The position numbers and the translations under genes are program-made. From the human T2T-CHM13v2.0 reference genome, Homo sapiens, in the NCBI RefSeq assembly GCF_009914755.1, contig NC_060927.1: 64,000 nt of DNA; one strand, given 5' to 3'. The notes beneath the pieces are model-generated. The model worked only from the letters and a program-made list of their open reading frames with translations, had not been told where the DNA came from and ran no database searches. This document shows, one piece after another, positions 1 to 13,190 of the stretch (its first letter is position 1; each line of letters opens with the position of its first letter).

Positions 1-468
<468 letters not shown>

Positions 469-1383
469 GTAAGCACTTTTTCATACTAAATCCAGAGTTC
501 TTAAATAGCAGTAACTGAATCTCTCACCTTTTTGTCTCTGGCATTTATTAGATGGACAAGTTTTGAGTGAGAGGATGTGGAAGGAAGGTAATCTCTCAAT
601 TAAAAACACTTTGCTTTAGATTTGAATAACTTAGAGCAAAAGATGGAATATAATAGATTGACATTTCACAGAGGTGTCTAAGTAGTCCTTTGAAAATAAA
701 TGAGGACAATTACAGTAGATACAAAGAAGACTGTCACTGGATTATGATTTGAAAGCTGTGCCCTGTATCCGGTGAAGTTTCTCTTTAAAGAACATTTTGT
801 GCTTCATCAAAACCAAACCAAATCTAGTCAATCCTATTTCAATTAATTTGGTTAGCCATGAATTTTTTTTTTAAATAACACCTAGAACACATTATTCTAG
901 GGCTACTAAAATATACATGTACATCACTTAAACTACTTTCTTTCCATCATCAAAGAGTATGCTTAAATACAACTCCAAAGCCAAGGGTTTAATCCTAATC
1001 TTTTAGAAATTTTTTTTTAAGTTTTGAAAATTACCTACATATTATGATTTCCTAGATATTGTTGATGAAATGTAAATGATGGGGAGGACAACCGCAAAAT
1101 GACATACAGGTGTCCTGGAGGACTCCACGTGACTTTATCCCAATATATGTATGCATTATTAATCACCAGGATCCACAATTTTGTGATCATAATGTTAAGA
1201 CTTTTTTGAATCTTTTGGGCGAATGTTGATATGCATTTTTTATTTCCCTCTAACAAAAAGTCTTAAAGTCTCCTCTCTCTTGTCTTTTTACAGTATAACC
1301 AGAGTAGAATGTGGATTTAGGAAATATGATAAGTTGTATACCATCTGGTTCTTTACCATAGACTATTTCCCATGCTATTATAT

Positions 1384-1715
1384 CAGAGGGCAGAAACTGG
1401 CAGCCTCAAATAAAGTTTGTTCTGTAGATACATTTTTTGGGAGGTCAGATATTTTATTAGAAAAAATTAAATCAGTTTTTAACATTTAAAAATCAGAAGA
1501 TTTTCAATTTTAAAAATCTACATTTTTGGCTTTTTTAACTGGGAACTTATTTCCACCCATCAAGAGAAGACTGATCTTAAGAGAAATGTCTGTCTTGGGG
1601 AGGAGTGCAGGATGGCAGACCTCTTTATTTTGGCAAAATTCCTACCACACTCTATTGTATTACACCCAGTATATGCATGAATTTTCTCGATAGACATTTG
1701 AGTTTGCACTCCCTG
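1384..1715 (+). mobile_element. MER102-like hAT-Charlie DNA transposon
   Basis: Starts cagagggcagaaactggcagcc, contains aacatttaaaaatcagaagatttt, ends catttgagtttgcactccctg. Confidence 0.7.
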
Positions 1716-1981
1716 ACACTTTCCTCTGCTACTTCAGTTACTGGCTCTTATCACTGACATTTAAGAATCTCTTTATAATGGCCTAGAGAATAAAGTTGCA
1801 TAGGATGCCTATCCATGGAAATTCCAATGTTCATACAGAGCTAAATCTGTTCATCAGTGTTTGCAATAATTGCTATGCTTTAAAATTTGTAAACCATAGT
1901 TGAAAGGAAGTCTTGCAGCCAGATGATATCTGACTCATTTTTGTAGTATGATTAATTGTGCTATAAAAAGTATTTTTTAAT

Positions 1982-2440
1982 CTAGTCAGGATTCTTTAGG
2001 CTCAAGAGACAAAGAATACTCAAGCCCAGATGAATTTAAAACTAAAAGTTGAGTGTTATGGTTGGAATCTAGGAGACCTTTAAGAAACTGGTAGTGAGAC
2101 TAGCAGAATTAAAAGATAGGCAGGGGCTGGCTGGGTACTCTGGGCTCTCTTACTAAGTGTCTCTGTTTCTTAGTGATTTTTTTTTTTTTTTTACAATGTC
2201 TCTTCTTTTTTACTCACTCTTCTTTTAAATACTTTTTTGCCTCCCAATTTTAACCTTCACAATGCCACACAATGTCCATCCCAGCCTATGACTTTTTTGG
2301 CCACAGTTGGTTGGTTTTTTGAGAGGACTCTGGCCTAGCTCATCTTTTGCAACCAGCCAGAGGAACTGTAAGACAACATGCAGCTTCTGGATTGGTAGCC
2401 TTTGGATAAAAGCGTTACTTGTCCAATCAGTCACAGCCAA
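1982..2440 (-). mobile_element. Very old ERVL/MaLR-type LTR remnant
   Basis: tagtcaggattctttaggctcaag start and gattgg...ccaatcag motifs typical of old MLT1/LTR33-class LTRs; heavily decayed. Confidence 0.35.
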
Positions 2441-2494
2441 TGATGTGTTAATACCATCATAATCACCATCATGTCATCTCTTATCATTACTGTC

Positions 2495-2640
2495 AATATT
2501 ATTGCTAACACGTCTTAGATGCTTACTATGTACCAGACAATCTCCTAAACACTCTAGACCTGATTCATTTAATCCCAATTACAATGTGTGAGGCAGACAC
2601 TCTTTTGACCATATTTTACGGATGAGGATATTGAGCATGG
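2495..2640 (-). mobile_element. MIR SINE
   Basis: gcttactatgtaccagac...tcatttaatccc...attttacggatgagga core. Confidence 0.75.
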
Positions 2641-3649
2641 TTGTGGTGCTCAGCAGGGACTTGAAGGCAAGGGCAGCATCCCTTATTGCTAGCTGAGGGA
2701 CAAGCATAATAGATGTGTCTAGAAAAAACTGTTTTCCCTTTGGGCTTGCAAAATAGGAGGTTCACAGAGAATTACAGGGTAATCCCTTTATTGAGAAATT
2801 ACTAAAACTGGTTTGCAATTTGCTTTGTTTGCACAGTTGTGCATCTCTCTAAATGTATTACAGGCTGGTACAGTCAGCACTCGCAACGGGACAACTTCAG
2901 GGTCAGACTTTAAAGTATATAGAGCTTTTTCACTCCCATTCCCTTTTCTGTGTTCCCAGATTCCATGAATCCTTTCTTTCCACTCTCTTCCCCTTCAGTC
3001 AGTCTCTGCTGTTGCTAGCTCCTCATGGGTGAATTCTTTAGTTCTTTCCTCTGAAGACTCAATCTCACCCACAGGTTTCGACAACATTGTGAACACGGGA
3101 CTCGGCAAGGTGAAGCAGTGACCAGACTCGGGGAATACTTGAGAATAAATGTTTGCTGCCCAACCTGAAACACCTAGGTAGTCACAGATTTTGTGCAGAG
3201 TTGGTGCTTAAAGGCCAGTTGCAGGCCCTGTGGTAAATTTCAGGAATAAAGGTAGGACCTCAGTTGAGAACCAGCAGCCAAATACAAGTCAAAGTGCAGC
3301 ATAATGAGAGATGCACAAATATCAAAGCAATCCAAGAAGGAGAAATTAAGTAGTGGCAGGTAAATTAAAAGTCAGAGAGAGCTTTGGAGAGAGTGAGCAT
3401 GTTGGGATAAACTTTGTCAACCTAGAGGATGTGGCTTCGGTGATCTCATAACCATGCGCCGTTGGGGTGTTATGAATCTGTACACACCACAGGTGGAGGC
3501 TTAAAGACAGCTATGTGCTCATTGAACTACTGAAAGCCACACAACCCAGATTTTCTTCCTCCAGGGGGTCTCAATGGAACACCGTTCCTTCTCTGTTCCC
3601 TCCTTCCCTCTCTCCCTCCCTTCCTATAATTGCCCTTTTCAGTCCTTTT

Positions 3650-3750
3650 CAGGCACCAGGTACTTTTCAGGTGCTAGGGATCTAGTAGTGAATAACAACC
3701 TACCCTCGAGGAATTCACATACTAGAAGTAAAGAGAGACCATAAACAAAA
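3650..3750 (-). mobile_element. L2 3' fragment
   Basis: aggtgctagggatctagtagtgaataa...ccctcgaggaattcaca matches the antisense L2 tail. Confidence 0.6.
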
Positions 3751-5831
3751 GTCCTACTGGAATTTCTATTTGCCAAGATTTCCCCGATGTATTTTTTGGA
3801 TGTCAACCTAAGCCTGACCAAGAAACCCTCATTAAAACAAAAGTTACAGCTCCAGCCTCTGTGTGGCTAGTGGATAAGCCTCAAGGCAGCTCACAGCTCC
3901 CTCCTGAAAGACTTGTTTGCCTCATGGTTTTTTATGGATGAATCATGCTTCCTACTAGACTCCTGAGATTTTTTTTTAAAACTCTTGTCTTAATGTTCTT
4001 TTCTTTTACCTCTTTTCTTTTTATCCTAACCCACCTTCAGAAAATAATAAGATACAAGTCATGTATAACTTAAATGTATGTAAAACTTTAGTTTAAATAA
4101 ATGTACCATCTTTCAGGGACACAGCCATCTTACTTCTTAGTTTGAAAAGTTGAATGAAAGTATTTTTTCCCTATTAGAAACATTTTAAAAGTAAGGATCT
4201 AAATGAAGTGACTACTAAGAATAAAGCCTGTCCAAATATACACCTTTTTTTATTATGTGGAAGGCAGGAATTTATTCAATGTTTCCTTCGGTTTTAACCA
4301 GAAACAAAAAGTACCTCATGCCTTCCAAAAATGCTCAAAGATAACGAGGAATTACACTGCCTCATCCTAATTCTCTCAAGCTTAAATTTCTTAATTACAG
4401 TTGTTTGCCAGCAGTTCTTTATTAGTATAGAGTCAGCTTCCAACAAAGGAGGAATCATTAGTGCAGCAAGATAGCTGGCCTCTTCGGGAGGAAACAGACA
4501 GCTGGAAGTCCACGACCAATTCTCAGTAAAGGGACACTGCATGGGTAGGAAAATGGTTGAAAGTAAACTTAGGTAGCTGAAAAGAGCCATGTCTGCCATG
4601 GCCTCGTGTTGAAGTTAGAGCAGAGCACACCTATTTATTCTGACAATTTAAGACCTCATTAACTAGACACTGCTTAGGGCAAATTAATTGTGTTGAAAGA
4701 GAAACACCCATCAATACATTTATTAAGTGTACCCCTATTATTAGAATCTTTATATTTTATATTCTGGGTAGGGTGGAGACAGCGAACTTGCTCTATAAAT
4801 GATTAGTAAAGTGTTTTTTGTATATTTGAGTCAGACTAAAAAGTGTCCAAATATGTGCTAATGGTAACCCAGTCTCTAAAAATAAACTATGTGCCTGTTG
4901 CTTACAATGCTGGCTTCTTTGAGATCTATTTTACATGGTTTTTCCATGCCCAGAAAAAAAGAGGTGCGGCTCTTACTGCAAACACATTTGAAAATCTATC
5001 TGATGATTTTGTAGGGCCCAGAAAGCACCTAAACATGACTCACATATTACCAGCTTCAGAGCAACTGAAGCGATCGTAGCGATTGTTTTTTAACTCCCCA
5101 CAGATGTTGGAAAATTACAAGGCTTGTGCTTCATAAAAATATCACTCTACCTACGCCTGGCTTCTGCCTTTATTTTAATGAATGAGAATGTGTAAAAATT
5201 TGGAATTGTGCATGTTTGAATTCCATAGGCAGTGATTAAGATTAACTAATTGATTGTGCAAAGCTTCAGAAAATTGAAACCAACTTGCTATATTTCATGG
5301 GCTTCTATCAAAACAAAATAAAGATTTGTTTGGCCTTTTTTTTTTTTTTCATTTTCTGCTTTTATTGCCTCTTCTTTCTCCTTACATTTTATCAGAAGAC
5401 AAATATTTTGGGGGCTTGAGGAGAACAGAAAAGGGCAAATTTCTCCATGTTATAACATTTTCTTATAGAATCTGACTCTGCAAAGCAGAGAAGTGATTCA
5501 GCTAACCTCCCTCAGGTTTTCTTTCCTAAATTTTATGCATGAGAAACTGATGCTCAGAAAGATGTTCACTGGTTATTCCCAGACCCAGAAAGCAAAGTCT
5601 ATTTTCTTTATTCGAGCCATGTAACTACTACCAAAATTTTTCACTGAGTATAACCAAAACTAACTTCAGATGAGTTAAATCCAAAAGGAATTGTCAAAGT
5701 TTATTGTATACTCACAGAATTTCCGGAAAAGCTGGAATGTTAGACTCTGAAAATGAGCAGGAACCACGAAAAGCTGAGTAGCAGGAACACGACCAAAATT
5801 ATTCCTCAGGAAACGTTGGGATGGGCGTTAT

Positions 5832-7328
5832 TGAGAGGTGACAGCGTGCTGGCAGTCCTCACAGCCCGCGCTCGCTCTCGGCGACTCCTCTGCCTGGGCT
5901 CCCACTTTGGCGGCACTTGAGGAGCGCTTCAGCCCACGGCTGCACTGTGGGAGCCCCTTTCTGGGCTGGCCAAGGCCAGAGTCCACTCCCTCAGCTTGCA
6001 GGGAGGTGTGGAGGGAGAGGCGCGAGCGGGAACCGGCGCTGCGCGCGGCGCTTGCGGGCCATCTGGAGTTCCGGGTGGGCGTGGGCTTGGCGGGCCCCGC
6101 CCCCGGAGCAGCGGGCGGGCCCTGCCGACCCCGGGCAATGAGGGGCTTAGCACCCGGGCCAGCGGCTGCGGAGGGTGTACTGGGTTCCCCGGCAGTGCCA
6201 GCCCACCGGCGCTGCGCTCGATTTCTCACCGGGCCTTAGCTGCCTTCCCGCAGGGCAGGGCTCGGGACCGGCAGCCCGCCATGCCTGAGCCTCCCACCCC
6301 CTCCATGGGCTCCTGTGCGGCCCCGAGCCTCCCAGACATGTGCCACCCCCTGCTCCACGGCGCCCAGTCCCATCGACCACCCAAGGGCTGAGGAGTGCGA
6401 GCGCACGGCGCGGGACTGGCAGGCAGCTCCACCTGCAGCTCCGGTGCGGGATCCACTGGGTGAAGCCAGCTGGGCTCCTGAGTCTGGTGGGGACGTGGAG
6501 AACCTTTATGTCTAGCTCCGGGATTGTAAATACACCAATCAGCACTCTGTATCTAGCTCAAGGTTTGTAAACACACCAATCAGCACCCTGTGTCTAGCTC
6601 AGGGTTTGTGAATGCACCAATCAACACTCTGTGTCTAACTACTCTGGTGGGGCCTTGGAGAACCTTTGTGTCTAGCTCAGGGATTGTAAATACACCAATC
6701 TGCACTCTGTGTCTAGCTCAGAGTTTGTAAACACACCAATCAGCACCCTGTGTCTAGCTCAGGGTTTGTGAATGCACCAATCGACACTCTGCATCTAGCT
6801 ACTCTGGTGGGGCCTTGGAGAACCTTTGCGTGGACACTCTGTATCTAGCTAATCTGGTGGGGACGTGTAGAACCTTTGTGTCTAGCTCAGGGATTGTAAA
6901 CGCACCAAATCAGCGCCCTGTCAAAACAGACCACTGGGCTCTACCAATCAGCAGGATGTGGGTGGGGCCAGATAAGAGAATAAAAGCAGGTTGCCCCATC
7001 CAGCAGTGGCAACCCGCTCGGGTCCCCTTCCACACTGTGGAAGCTTTGTTCTTTCACTCTTTGCAATAAATCTTGCTGCTGCTCAGTCTTTGGGGCCGCA
7101 CTGCCTTTATGAGCTGTGACACTCACCGCGAAGGTCTGCATTTTCACTCCTGAGCCAGCGAGACCACAGAACCCACCAGAAGGAAGAAACTCCGAACACA
7201 TCCGAACATCAGAAGGAACAAACTCCAGACGCAGATGCGCCACCTGAAGAGCTGTAACACTCACCGCGAGGGTCCGCGGCTTTATTCTCGAAGTCAGTGA
7301 GACCAAGAACCCACCAATTCCGGAAACA
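5832..7328 (+). mobile_element. Solo LTR12C (ERV9 LTR)
   Basis: Begins tgagaggtgacagcgtgctggcag and ends caattccggaaaca; exact 4-bp TSD ttat (5828-5831 and 7329-7332); CpG-rich 5' part; tandem CCAAT repeats. Confidence 0.97.
6490..6990 (+). promoter_or_regulatory. ERV9 U3 enhancer/promoter with NF-Y (CCAAT) and GATA repeats and a TATA-like AATAAAA
   Basis: About seven CCAATC copies in ~40-bp tandem units; GATAAG at 6971; AATAAAA at 6979-6985. Confidence 0.75.
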
Positions 7329-7819
7329 TTATGGCCGCACTGCAGAATACCAGGTATTGCCCCTACCAACCCCGGACATTGCCTGTCATTAGCGCTGTCA
7401 CCAGCACTGTTCAGACTCTGGAACTCTTGTCTCTGCTACCTGCACTGGGACAAAAATCTCCTTTGTCCCTGTATCTTTGCATCACTTGCTCTAGAGTGGA
7501 TTTCCTGGCAGGTTATATGCCTTTATCCTCGGTACTGCAAAATCTGCAAAAGCAAGCGCCCATCATTTCTTACTTTTGTGGACACCGAAAGTAATGGATA
7601 ATTCCTTACCCCATTCCTTGCCCAAGAAAGGAAGGGACTGCATGTGATAGGCAGCCACCACCACCAGTGATATCAGCCTAACATATCATGTTTATATTAT
7701 TCAGTTAGAAAAGGAAAAAATGGCCACTTTTAAACAACATTTATATAATAAACAGTTAAAAAAAAGGAAGAAGCTGCACAACCCAAAGAATGTAGAAGAA
7801 AGAGCCCCTCTGCTACATC

Positions 7820-7955
7820 TAAACCAAACCTGTTACTACTTTGCCATGTTACCTTGAACAGGACCCTTCACCTCTCTGCTCCTGTTTCATTGTCTTACAA
7901 ATGAGGGGTTGGACCAAGTGATCTTAAGGTCCCTTCTTTTTTGATATTCTCTAAC
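7820..7955 (+). mobile_element. MIR3-like SINE
   Basis: accttgaacagg...cacctctctg...caaatgaggggttggacc...taaggtcccttc. Confidence 0.7.
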
Positions 7956-8137
7956 TAAAACATGACAGTATCAAAGGGGGAGACTAGGTGGCTTAGTCTG
8001 TGGCTTTGCCAATCAGATCTCAATTGGAAGAAACAATCATGAGGTTGAAAGCAGGTTTGTGCAAACAGACAAGAAAGAAAACCAAGGTATTTTTTAAAAA
8101 TTGTATCATTTGTGCTCTGATCCAGAAAGGGAAATGG

Positions 8138-8379
8138 GTTTTTTTGTTTGTTTGTTTGTTTGTTTTGGAAATGGAGTCTCGCAATTCTCCTGCTTCAGCC
8201 TCCCGAGTAGCTGGCACTATCAGTGCACGCCGCCACGCCTGGCTAATTTTTTCTTTTTTAGTAGAAATGGAGTTTCACCGTGTTGCCCAGGCTGGTCTCA
8301 AACTCCTGAACTCAGTCAATCTGCCCACCTCGGCCTCCCAAAGTGCTAGGATTACAGGCGTGAGCCACCGCACCTGGCC
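8138..8379 (-). mobile_element. AluS with an internal deletion of about 70 bp
   Basis: gagtctcgc is joined directly to aattctcctgc; flanking aagggaaa repeat. Confidence 0.93.
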
Positions 8380-8649
8380 AAGGGAAAGATTTTAAAATTC
8401 ATCTCAAGGGGTAAAATATTTGTCACCAACTAGAAAGCAGAATATCATATCAGAAAAAATCACTCTCACCTTTGTCCATATGCTGGAAGGCAACTGGAGT
8501 AGCCATCTGGATTCATTCATAAAAATTTGCTCTGTTAAAGCAAAGTGGATACAAGAGCACTTGGTAAGCCAGGACTGTATTGTTTCTGCATCATTAAGGT
8601 TACTCCTGTTGTCATTTTCATTGAAATCATAGGCATCATCTGGCAGGCT

Positions 8650-8960
8650 TTTTTGTTTTTTTGTTTTTTTTTTAATTAAGGGCTAGGGTTTTGTTGTGTC
8701 AACCAGGCTGGAGTGCAGTGGCATGGCCATAGCTCACTGCAGCCTCAAACTCCTGAAACAATTCTCCTGCTTCAGCCTCCCCAGTAGCTAGCACTACAGG
8801 CGTGCACCACCACACCTGGAAATATTTTTTCATTTAATATTTTATAGATACAAGGTCATGCTGTGTTGCCTAGGCTGATCTCAAACTCCTGGCCTCAAGT
8901 GATCCTCTCACCTTCGCCCAAAGTGCTGGGATTACAGGTGTGAGCCACCATGCCTGGTCT
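8650..8960 (-). mobile_element. AluJ
   Basis: catagctcactgcagcctcaaactcc J-type diagnostics; TSD ctggcaggcttt. Confidence 0.93.
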
Positions 8961-10603
8961 GGCACTGGCAGGCTTTGGTTTCTAATGCCTAACTTGCCAG
9001 CTACTTCCTCTAATCTAATTTTTTTCAAACCCAAGAAGCTCTGAAGATGAGACAAAATAATTTTTTGAAAAATTTTCTTTATAAACACACACATACATAT
9101 ATCAAAAACAGAGAGCCTGGTCATGACATAACATTGTATTGAAGGGGTTCTTTTTATTTTTCTCAGATCTTAGGTTTATTCATCTTTTATTTTTCACCAT
9201 AGAAATCCTATGACTCATAAAAACACAGGGCCAGGAGTCCTGTGACTCTATATTTTCATAGAGAGAACATGATTTGGAAGACCAGACTTAATAATTTTAC
9301 TCTGTCTCAAATTTTGAATAGTGTTTGCTTTAAAAGGCATCTTATCACCGAAAGCAAAGTGAGAAAAATGAAGTCAACATTCACTGACAATTCTTGCCAC
9401 TCAACCCTTTAAAAAGATAACCAACTACATAGTTACTGAGGGGTCCTTCATTATTAGGGAGTAAGGGGAATAACTTTCACATCTCTATAGTATTTATGGA
9501 TCTGACATCTGGATAATAAGGTGTTTTGTAAGTAAATCTTTCGATAACATTGTTTTAATTTTCTGAGAAAAACTCAACCTTATTATCAAAACGTATTTCA
9601 CCTGACTATATTTTCCCCAAATATAAAATTTACCAATAGGAGCAATCAGTCAGTACATACTAGGTCTTACTCATTAGTATATTAATACCAATTTCACAAC
9701 ACTGCATAAACAAATCAGCTTCATAGAATAAAATTCTAAAATATTCTGATGTAAATTAGTAAATATATGCAGGGAATTATTTATTTACATATTAACATTA
9801 AAACATTTGAAAAGATTACACATCAACTTGAAGTACAAACACTCTGCAGATCATCTTACATTTTCTCTTGTGCCTTCTCAGGCTAAATGTTCTTAATGAA
9901 AAATGACAAGAAAAAGGTGTGAATAGTCAGCAGTGTTAATGCTAATTTTTGAGGTAAAGGAGACAACTAGCTTCAAATAATATTTGAGTGAAAATGACTA
10001 TTTCCTCAATCATTAGTCATAGGGAAAGGAGAATGAGAACACTAAAAAAAATTATTTAAATAGCACTTTATATTCAAATATTTTAATTAAAAATTCATTA
10101 AATATTTTAAACTAAAGAAGTAAAGCATTTGGAACCTAAGCTCCAGGCAACTAAAATTTGGTCAAAGTATTTCATGTACCTGTCAAATTGCAGATAAAAG
10201 TTGTAGTTTCTTTTTCTTTTTCTTTTTTTGTATTCATCTTTGGCATTTAAAGTAGATTAGCTAGTTGTTGGGTGTGGACATCTGTGTCTTGAGCTTTTCT
10301 CCTGGAAATCAATATTTATTTAATAAACCTTTTTTCTTTAAAGGCAAATTATCATCTGTTTTTTCAGGGTGGTCCCGGTACTTTCCAGTTATAAAATAAA
10401 ATCGGCTGAGATTCAAGAAGTTCATTTGGCTTGAGGTTAAAAAGTAAATTTTGGCCCTTTTGAATTGAAACTTGGTTAGTCAGAACCTCTAATCATTTCC
10501 CTCTAAAAAACCTAGGGTTATTTTATTTTAGAAGGAGACGACTATTGAATCCATGAGTCACTCTAAGGCAAGTCTTAATATTAATCTTTAATTCTTTATA
10601 TTA

Positions 10604-10987
<384 letters not shown>

Positions 10988-11858
10988 TTAAGAAGGTGAA
11001 CGAACTCAGCACTGGCAGAAAAAATCCCTTGACTTTTGCAAAGTCAAGCCAATTCATTCTGAGCCCATATGAAGAATATGTTATTGTTCTGATACCTTAA
11101 GCCAGGTTTTTTTCCATTATTTTTAAAGTACCCCTTTAATTAATTAGAAAAGCATAAAATTAAATTTTAAAGCATTTTGTTTTACGCAATCAATTCATCT
11201 TTAGAAATGCATAAGAGAACGTAAGGATTGTCATCCTTCATTTTACAGAGGAAAGTGATAATAATCATTTGCTGAGTCATCAACACTACAAAATAAAGCC
11301 CTGGAGAAAAGGTTAGCATTTAGACAGTCTTTGCATCTGGGGTAAGTTTAGAAAACTAAAAAAGCTGCATTAAAACAAAAAGAAAGAAAAAAATTTTAAA
11401 AAACTAAAAACAGACCAGATGTTGACTGCTGAATGTCAATGGCAACAAGAGAAAAACAACACATGTGGATTTAATGTTCTTTCTGCAGATAGAATCTCAG
11501 AAAAACATATTCTCTAAGAGATCAGACCAATTTTGTTTGAATGTAAACCACTGCCTAACACACCCTACCACATTCCTATGCCTGGAGAAACAGGAAAGAT
11601 GAAGATGAATAGGCCTAACATGAGCCCAAACTTCAAGAAGAGTCAGAAAATTGCCAGTGAATGAAATAAGTAAGAGCTCACACTTCATGGATATAACTCA
11701 CCACTGCCATCACACCACATTTTCATCTGCCTGTAGAAAAATCAACTAGGTATTGCATGATCTAGATATCAGTTATTGGGATAGTCATGAAAAGTATTAG
11801 TCTTGCTTTCATGTAATTTGCAGAGAATCACACAGTTGGAACATTAAAAATGGGTTCA

Positions 11859-12169
<311 letters not shown>

Positions 12170-12439
12170 CTATGTTTATTTTCAGTCTCTGAGTCTCTGC
12201 AAACCTGTTCCCTCTTACGTGACCCCTGCCTTAAATAGGGTCATCCACAACCAACCAAATTCTAAAACCCTTTCAGAAGGTACAAAAGGAAAAGCCCAGA
12301 ATAGATTTCTGAAGCTGAGACTCTTCATTATATATATTATTTCTGCCTCATAACTCTATGATGCTGAATTGAAATTCTCTGGCCCTTTTTCTCAACCATA
12401 TTCCAATAACTGATAAGTTGAGTCACAGGGTAATGATAC

Positions 12440-13190
12440 AATAAACAAGATTGGAAACACAGAGTTCCTTCCTAGGAAGATTTCACAGTCTAATGCATGA
12501 AGACAGGAAGGTAATTCACTATGATAATACAGTATGGGGGAGTGCTGAGAAACAGGAATGCACAAGAAACTGAAAGCAGAGAGATGTGCACTTAACCCAG
12601 ACTTGAGGGGGTACGATGGGGGTCACAGAAGTCTTCCTTAAAGATGTGACCATTTTGCTAAATCTTGAAGAACTAGTGCAAGTAAGCCATGTAAAGAAAT
12701 AAAGGAAAAGGCATTCTGGGCAGAAGGAATGGCCCAAGCAAGAGCTTGTAGGCCCAAGAAAGCCTGAGAAGTTCCAGGACCTACAAGTTGTTGCAAGAGA
12801 AGAGGAACTTTGTTTTGTTCACGAATGTGTCTCTAGTGCCTCAAAAAGTGCTGGGCACAAAATAGGTTCAAGGCCTTGAATGCTTGGATAAATGAACCCA
12901 ACCATTAATTAACACTGTTGGCTTTTGAATGGAGAGGCAATGTTAGAGGGGCAGAGGCAGATGGAAGGAGATTATTCAGGAGGCTTTGGCTCTAGTGCAA
13001 TGTGATGGAGGACTAGACAAAAACAGTGGAGGCAGACATGGGGTGAAGCGGGAGAAGTGGAGGTGTATTTTGGAAGTATAGCAGAAAAGACCTTGTATTT
13101 AGGAGAATGAAAGGATTGAGGACTACTCCATGGCTGAAGGCATCCAGGGAGTTGTGTTTTATTCAAATCTAACAGTGGGAGTGACGATGG
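12440..13190 (-). mobile_element. L2 fragments (with an oppositely oriented L2 tail at about 12800-12900)
   Basis: tcacagtctaatg, cttaacccagact and ggcattctgggcagaaggaa L2 motifs. Confidence 0.7.

Larger units (their letters stand above)
5635..7660 (-). mobile_element. Old ERVL/MaLR-type LTR hosting the LTR12C insertion
   Basis: aaccaaaactaac...aaaaggaatt...ctcacagaat...aagctgga on the left, with LTR-like sequence continuing on the right of LTR12C. Confidence 0.4.

Noticed and set aside
6490-6910. Regularly spaced repeats that superficially resemble a CRISPR array
   Set aside because: These are the known ERV9 U3 tandem units; there are no unique spacers or cas genes, and the DNA is primate
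5828-7369. Many overlapping 60-140 aa ORFs and a CpG-island-like block
   Set aside because: All lie inside the GC-rich LTR12C and are expected stop-poor frames, not a gene
8000-8395. 131-aa ORF and similar ORFs at 10601, 21196, 30599, 54967 and 56442
   Set aside because: Translations are Alu-derived peptides
11488-11669. Possible exon (tctttctgcag ... aa|gtaaga)
   Set aside because: Splice-like signals only; no recognisable protein and no other support
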